A stretch of 64,000 nt of DNA, taken from an uncultured Spirochaetota bacterium (GTDB taxonomy: Bacteria; Spirochaetota; Brevinematia; Brevinematales; JAOACQ01). A program made the translations under genes and the position numbers. Where the stretch lies: positions 128,001 through 192,000 of the forward strand of contig CAWIGG010000002.1 of assembly GCA_963835575.1 (NCBI GenBank), given 5' to 3'. A model generated the notes under the pieces. It was not told the DNA's origin and made no database searches. It worked only from the letters and a program-made list of their open reading frames with translations. Shown piece by piece: positions 59,497 to 64,000 of the stretch; within the stretch, counting starts at the first letter, position 1; each line of letters opens with the position of its first letter.

Positions 59497-60192
59497 GTGG
59501 AAATTATTAAAGAAGAGATACTGGAAGCGATTATGAATGCTGAAGAAGAGGGTAGGCATGCTCTTGACGGCATTGAGGTCGGTCTTTCCAGGGAAAAAGC
59601 CGGAAGAGATGAACTTAATTCAATGGAAGAAGACGGCTTGATCCGGTTGAAAGGGGAAGATGTTTTAATGACAGAAAAGGGCAGGAATGCCGCAATCCGG
59701 GTGATCCGCCGGCATCGGCTGGCAGAATGCCTGATGGGCTATGTTTTAAATATTTCGCCTGAGACAATGGAAAAAGTGGCCTGTGAAATGGAGCACACTC
59801 TTCTGCCGGAGGTTGAAGAATCAATATGCACCCTGTTAGGGCATCCGGATAAAGCACCGGACGGGAAGCCGGTCCCGCCGGGGAAATGCTGTCTTCAGAA
59901 GAGTAGAAAGATTGAGAAGACCCTCATCAGTGTTTCCGAGCTTAAAACGGGCGACAGAGGCAAAATTGCATACATTCGTCCGCAGAGTCATTCAAGGCTT
60001 CAAAAACTGACCGCTTTCGGCCTCATTCCCGGCCAGCATATACGGCTTCTGCAGAAATCTCCGGCTTTTATTATTTCAGTCGAACAGACCGAGCTTGCAA
60101 TAGAAAAGGAGATAGCTGAAGAAATTTATGTATGGAAGATTGAGGAGGATAGAGATGAGTATTCAGCAGGAACAATTAAAGGAATACATTAA
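59497..60192 (+). CDS. DtxR/MntR-family metal-dependent regulator with C-terminal FeoA domain
   Basis: RRHRLAE, ACEMEH, LGHP...PDGKPVP, FeoA-like C-terminus (GLIPGQ.I.LLQKSP). Confidence 0.88.
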   Translation: MEIIKEEILEAIMNAEEEGRHALDGIEVGLSREKAGRDELNSMEEDGLIRLKGEDVLMTEKGRNAAIRVIRRHRLAECLMGYVLNISPETMEKVACEMEHTLLPEVEESICTLLGHPDKAPDGKPVPPGKCCLQKSRKIEKTLISVSELKTGDRGKIAYIRPQSHSRLQKLTAFGLIPGQHIRLLQKSPAFIISVEQTELAIEKEIAEEIYVWKIEEDRDEYSAGTIKGIH

Positions 60193-60589
60193 AAAAAACG
60201 GCGGGAGAATAACGCCTTCGAGAATGATCATTCTGAAAGAAATTTACAGAAGGCATGACCATTTTGATGCCGAGGATATTTATTTAGAGCTGAAAAAAGC
60301 GGGTCAGAACATCTCGCGCGCTTCCATATACCGGACTATTCCTCTCCTGCTGGATTCAGGCCTGGTCCGTGAATTGAAATCAGTCGATAAGCAAAAACGT
60401 TATGAGCATATACTGGGTCACAAGCATCATGAACATATGATCTGCGAAAAATGCGGCGCGCTCATTGAGTTTGACGATGTTATGCTGGAAGAAGATATCA
60501 ATAAACTCTGTTACGCCGAGGAATTTAAACCTGTTTCTCATCAAATCATCATAACCGGTATTTGTAAGCAATGTAATAAAGACTTCTGA
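60155..60589 (+). CDS. fur: Fur-family transcriptional regulator
   Basis: RIT..R..IL, HFDAE, SRASIYRT, HHEHMICEKCG, GICKQC; ATG 60155 after GGAGG. Confidence 0.88.
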   Translation: MSIQQEQLKEYIKKNGGRITPSRMIILKEIYRRHDHFDAEDIYLELKKAGQNISRASIYRTIPLLLDSGLVRELKSVDKQKRYEHILGHKHHEHMICEKCGALIEFDDVMLEEDINKLCYAEEFKPVSHQIIITGICKQCNKDF

Positions 60590-60593
60590 ACGG

Positions 60594-60863
60594 TCAAAAT
60601 TCCCTTGTCGCCAGGACTTCATTCGCTATGACAAGAACGATCGTTCCGAGAATGACGACAAGAAATGTGGCGATGGCGCGCCAGATGGCGTCTGATTTTG
60701 TAAAGTCCCAGATGGCCAGGATGGACAGGGTGACGCTGAAAATCGTGCTGATGACAATGATGAAAAAAGCGATGATCCTTAAAATAACCGGATTGATAAT
60801 ACCGCGCCTTCCGTTTAACAGTTTCCTGCCGGCCGGGTTCTGACCGGCTGTATTAGTTTCCAT
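60594..60863 (-). CDS. Small two-TM membrane protein
   Basis: GGAGG RBS; two hydrophobic helices with LAIWDF...WRA.AT. Confidence 0.7.
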   Translation of the reverse strand: METNTAGQNPAGRKLLNGRRGIINPVILRIIAFFIIVISTIFSVTLSILAIWDFTKSDAIWRAIATFLVVILGTIVLVIANEVLATREF

Positions 60864-61325
60864 TTAAGCCTCCCGGTTGTTTTTATTGAAAGTTCATTAT
60901 AATGCATCCGGATCAATTTGACAATAGTTGATGGAAATGCTGATAGAAATGATAAAACAGATTGGATTATTAAAAAGTAAGGGAATTCAAGATAATACTT
61001 AAGAACTTATTGAAAAGAAAAAAAAGGCTGAAGAACTGTGGAATCTATATTTTAAAATAATCTCGATTCATGAAAGGAAAAATCATTCCCTGCAGAGGGG
61101 CCATATGCCCTGCCGTTACTGGAAGCATATTCTGGAAGTTAAGTAAATATTTTGAAATAAAAGTTGACTATTTTGTCCGGGCACACTAAATATATAAGGT
61201 CTTAAATTGAGTGATTTTTTATGCAAAAGTTTAAAATATGTACGCTGTTGAAAAATATAAAAGAACGTTCGATTAAGGTAATTGTTTTTAAAAATAATAA
61301 AAATTATTTAGAGGAGGATATAAAC

Positions 61326-61928
61326 ATGAAAAAAGGTATGCTGTATCTGCTGATCGCTTTATCTGCGGCGGCGCTGTTAATGTTTGTTTCATGCGCGTCA
61401 AAAAGCACAAAGGCCGAAACAAAGTCTTATGTGAATATTGCCGCAGACAGCGGTTTTGACACGACCAAGGAAATTATGGCGCATGAAGTTTACAATGAGG
61501 TTTCCGCTAAAGTCATTGATGAGGTGAAGGGAAAATGGCATTATATTCTGAATCTGGGCGCAAAAGCCGCTCTTACTGTTGAGGGCGGCGTCCTTCATAT
61601 TAAAATAGACGCACCTGGCACGGATTACTGGGCGATCCAGCTGCTTCAATTCCCTTTAAAGATTGAAAATGGGAAAACTTACAAGGTTTCATTTGATGCG
61701 AAAGCGGCCCAGCCGAGGCCTATAGTGACCAAAGTCGGCAGGGTCGGCGGAGACTGGAAAGCTTATTCCGGTTTAAAAACAATTGATATTGATACTGAAA
61801 TGAAGAATTATTCATACAGTTTTAAAATGAATTCAGAGACAGATGAAGCTTCAAGAATGGAAGTGAATTTCGGAAATTCGCCAGTTGAATCCTGGATTGA
61901 TAATATCAAACTTGAAATAATTGAATAA
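61326..61928 (+). CDS. CBM4/9 carbohydrate-binding-domain lipoprotein
   Basis: FVS-C lipobox; WAIQLLQ..L.IENGKTYKVSFDAKA...WIDNIKLE; ATG after GGAGG. Confidence 0.85.
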   Translation: MKKGMLYLLIALSAAALLMFVSCASKSTKAETKSYVNIAADSGFDTTKEIMAHEVYNEVSAKVIDEVKGKWHYILNLGAKAALTVEGGVLHIKIDAPGTDYWAIQLLQFPLKIENGKTYKVSFDAKAAQPRPIVTKVGRVGGDWKAYSGLKTIDIDTEMKNYSYSFKMNSETDEASRMEVNFGNSPVESWIDNIKLEIIE

Positions 61929-61940
61929 TATCAAATAATA

Positions 61941-61977
61941 TTCTAATAAACCGGGGGGAAACCCCGGTTTATTAGAA
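61941..61977. terminator. Intrinsic terminator
   Basis: TTCTAATAAACCGGGG-GGAAA-CCCCGGTTTATTAGAA hairpin after the stop codon. Confidence 0.75.
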
Positions 61978-62154
61978 ATCAAATCTAAAAATCAGACATA
62001 TTTAAAAATGCATATTTATTGAAATATTTTCTATCTTGATACATACTTTCTATTCATAAACAAATACTCATGAGAATTAAAATGCTACAGGGGGCAAGGA
62101 TACGTCCGATTTAAAAAAAATGTTTGAGGGGTTTAAAAGTTAGGAGTTGAGGTA

Positions 62155-64000
62155 ATGGTGAGGGAAAGGGTTTCCTCAGTAATAAAGAAAACAACGGAGT
62201 CCCGCGTCACGCTGGGTTTGTTGATTGATTGGCTGGGAACTCCCTACCATTCTAAAGTGCTGTCAGGAATTTCCGATTTTGCCCGGGAAAAGAATGTCAA
62301 TCTGCTCGCATTTGTCACAGGCCGTCTGCATTCCAATTATGAATGGGAAAAATGCAGGAATTTGCTCTTTAGTTTTGTTGATGAGAATAATGTAGACGGT
62401 TTGCTTGTCATGGCGCCTTCTATAGGGAATATTGTAGGCCTTGAAAGTGTAGGCGACCTGCTTAAACAGTATACAAATATTCCAATAGTAACAATCGGCG
62501 AAAAATACCAGAAGTATCCATGTGTTTCCATTGATAATGAAAGCGGGATGCAGACTCTTCTTAAGCATTTAATTGAAAATCATGGTTTTAAAAGAATAGC
62601 CTATATTTTAGGACCGCGCGGTAATACAGAAGCTGATGCCCGGTTCAGGGCCTATACTGAAGTGCTTAAAAAGTATAATATACCGCTGGATTGGGATCTG
62701 GTCATTCAGGGTGATTTTCTTATCTTTTCCGGAAGGAATGCGGTTAAAACTTTAATGGACGAAAGAAAAGTCAAATTTGATGTGATTGTCGCTTCCAATG
62801 ATACAATGGCCCTGGGAGTTATGGAAGAGCTCAGGCAGAGGAAAATCCAGGTCCCGGAAGATATACCTGTTGTCGGCTTTGATGATATCGAGATCAGCCA
62901 GTATGCTAAATTGTCAACGGTCAAACAGCCATTTTACGCGCAGGGCAAGGAAGCGGCGGATGTATTATACCATCATATTCAGGGCAAACAGGTCCCTCCT
63001 ATCACTTTACTTCCGACTGAACTTATCATCCGTGATTCATGCGGGTGCTATTTTGTTAACCCTCAGATACCGATCATAGAAACACTCCAGATAGCAGATA
63101 ATGATTTTGTGTCGGTAATACTGCAGAATAAAAATCAGGTCTTTAATGAAATTAAGAAATTGAAAGGAATTGAAGGCCAGGTCAAGGGATCCGTTTTGAG
63201 CTGGGCCGAGAAAATATTAGAAGCGTTTCTCGAAGAAGTAAATGGAAAAAAAAGAAATGTTTTTCTGCAGATATGGAATAAGGTCATTTTCCTGGCCATT
63301 GCGGAAAAAGTCAATCTGGTCCTTATCAGAGACATTTTTTCAATCATAAAGAAAAATATACTGTCCCTGTCAGCCGGGCAGAAGATGCTGCTTTTTATTG
63401 AGTCTTTATTCCAGCAGGCGGAAGGAATGATTGAAGAAGCTGTCCAGAGGACAGAAGCATTTCATAGAATTCTGTTTGATTATGAGCTTGAGGAAATAAA
63501 TGATATCGGCGAAAAGCTGATGGCCAATCTGGAACTGGAAGACGAGATAAAAGTTGCTTATCAGGAGTTTCCAGGTTTCGGAATCAAACAATGCTATCTT
63601 TCGCTGTATGAAGATCCCGAAAAACCGCTTAAGTATTCAAAGTTGGTTCTCGGCTATAATGAAAAAGGCATCCTGCCGATTCAGAAAGGCGGGATCCGTT
63701 TTCCGACAAAAAATCTTTTACCGCCGGATTTATTCCCGTCCTCGAGCCGTTTCAGTATGCTGGTGGAAGATTTATTCCAGGGTTATGAACAGATCGGCTT
63801 TGTTTTATTTGATATGGGGGCCAGGGAGCTTCAAACCTACGAAATCCTCAGGCATAAAATGAGCATCGCGCTGAAAGGTTCCATGCTGATAGGCAGGATT
63901 AAAAACCAGGCTGAATATCTGGAAGAAGAAGTAAAGGAGAGGACGGCCGACCTCCTTGAAACCAATAAAAGACTGGAAAAGGAAATTCAGGACAGAAAAA
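62155..64000 (+). CDS. LacI-type sugar-binding-domain signal transduction protein, 3'-truncated (absent from the ORF track)
   Basis: Manual translation MVRERV...TLGLLIDWLG...IDNESG...HGFKRIAY...ASNDTMALG...VVGFDD...TVKQP; no N-terminal HTH; ends in the coiled coil LEEEVKERTADL; open to the window end. Confidence 0.85.
   Translation, partial: MVRERVSSVIKKTTESRVTLGLLIDWLGTPYHSKVLSGISDFAREKNVNLLAFVTGRLHSNYEWEKCRNLLFSFVDENNVDGLLVMAPSIGNIVGLESVGDLLKQYTNIPIVTIGEKYQKYPCVSIDNESGMQTLLKHLIENHGFKRIAYILGPRGNTEADARFRAYTEVLKKYNIPLDWDLVIQGDFLIFSGRNAVKTLMDERKVKFDVIVASNDTMALGVMEELRQRKIQVPEDIPVVGFDDIEISQYAKLSTVKQPFYAQGKEAADVLYHHIQGKQVPPITLLPTELIIRDSCGCYFVNPQIPIIETLQIADNDFVSVILQNKNQVFNEIKKLKGIEGQVKGSVLSWAEKILEAFLEEVNGKKRNVFLQIWNKVIFLAIAEKVNLVLIRDIFSIIKKNILSLSAGQKMLLFIESLFQQAEGMIEEAVQRTEAFHRILFDYELEEINDIGEKLMANLELEDEIKVAYQEFPGFGIKQCYLSLYEDPEKPLKYSKLVLGYNEKGILPIQKGGIRFPTKNLLPPDLFPSSSRFSMLVEDLFQGYEQIGFVLFDMGARELQTYEILRHKMSIALKGSMLIGRIKNQAEYLEEEVKERTADLLETNKRLEKEIQDRK

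Noticed and set aside
801..63862. Many short ORFs overlapping or antisense to recognised genes (e.g. 801-1490, 3164-4042, 9936-10556, 29526-30128, 44320-44922, 62263-63862)
   Set aside because: No recognisable motifs; they lie on the opposite strand or in another frame of well-supported genes

Overview
Chromosomal window from an anaerobic bacterium, probably a spirochaete (inferred from the Jag_N-FapA fusion, bactofilin, rpoN, spirochaete-style lipoboxes and the LacI-domain sensor). Housekeeping and energy genes are murC, rlpA, korAB, hypAB, ackA, yggS, rpoN, pdxA, iorAB, folK and feoB-dtxR-fur. They surround an ~18-kb minus-strand array (13273-31169) of ten secreted lipoproteins: six right-handed beta-helix (GGG-repeat) proteins, two clostripain-family (C11) proteases with C-terminal PPC-like domains, one beta-propeller-like repeat protein and one CBM4/9-subtilisin (S8) fusion. 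All ten share a C-x-hydrophobic-x-P-G/A motif after the lipidated Cys. Four of the beta-helix proteins share a near-invariant ~50-aa C-terminus, and the three transcription units share one promoter-like motif. This is the best candidate for an undescribed protease-coupled surface-protein system. The intergenic DNA holds a second system: an AT-rich GxxExxY nuclease-fold gene boxed by periodic inverted repeats, several empty copies of the same architecture, REP-like palindromes nested inside them, and an identical 99-bp MITE inserted twice at the same position of the REP motif. One intact IS (IS1182/IS5-like) separates a PadR-type operator from a methyltransferase. No rRNA, tRNA or CRISPR array was seen. 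All calls come from reading the sequence by eye; no database searches were run.
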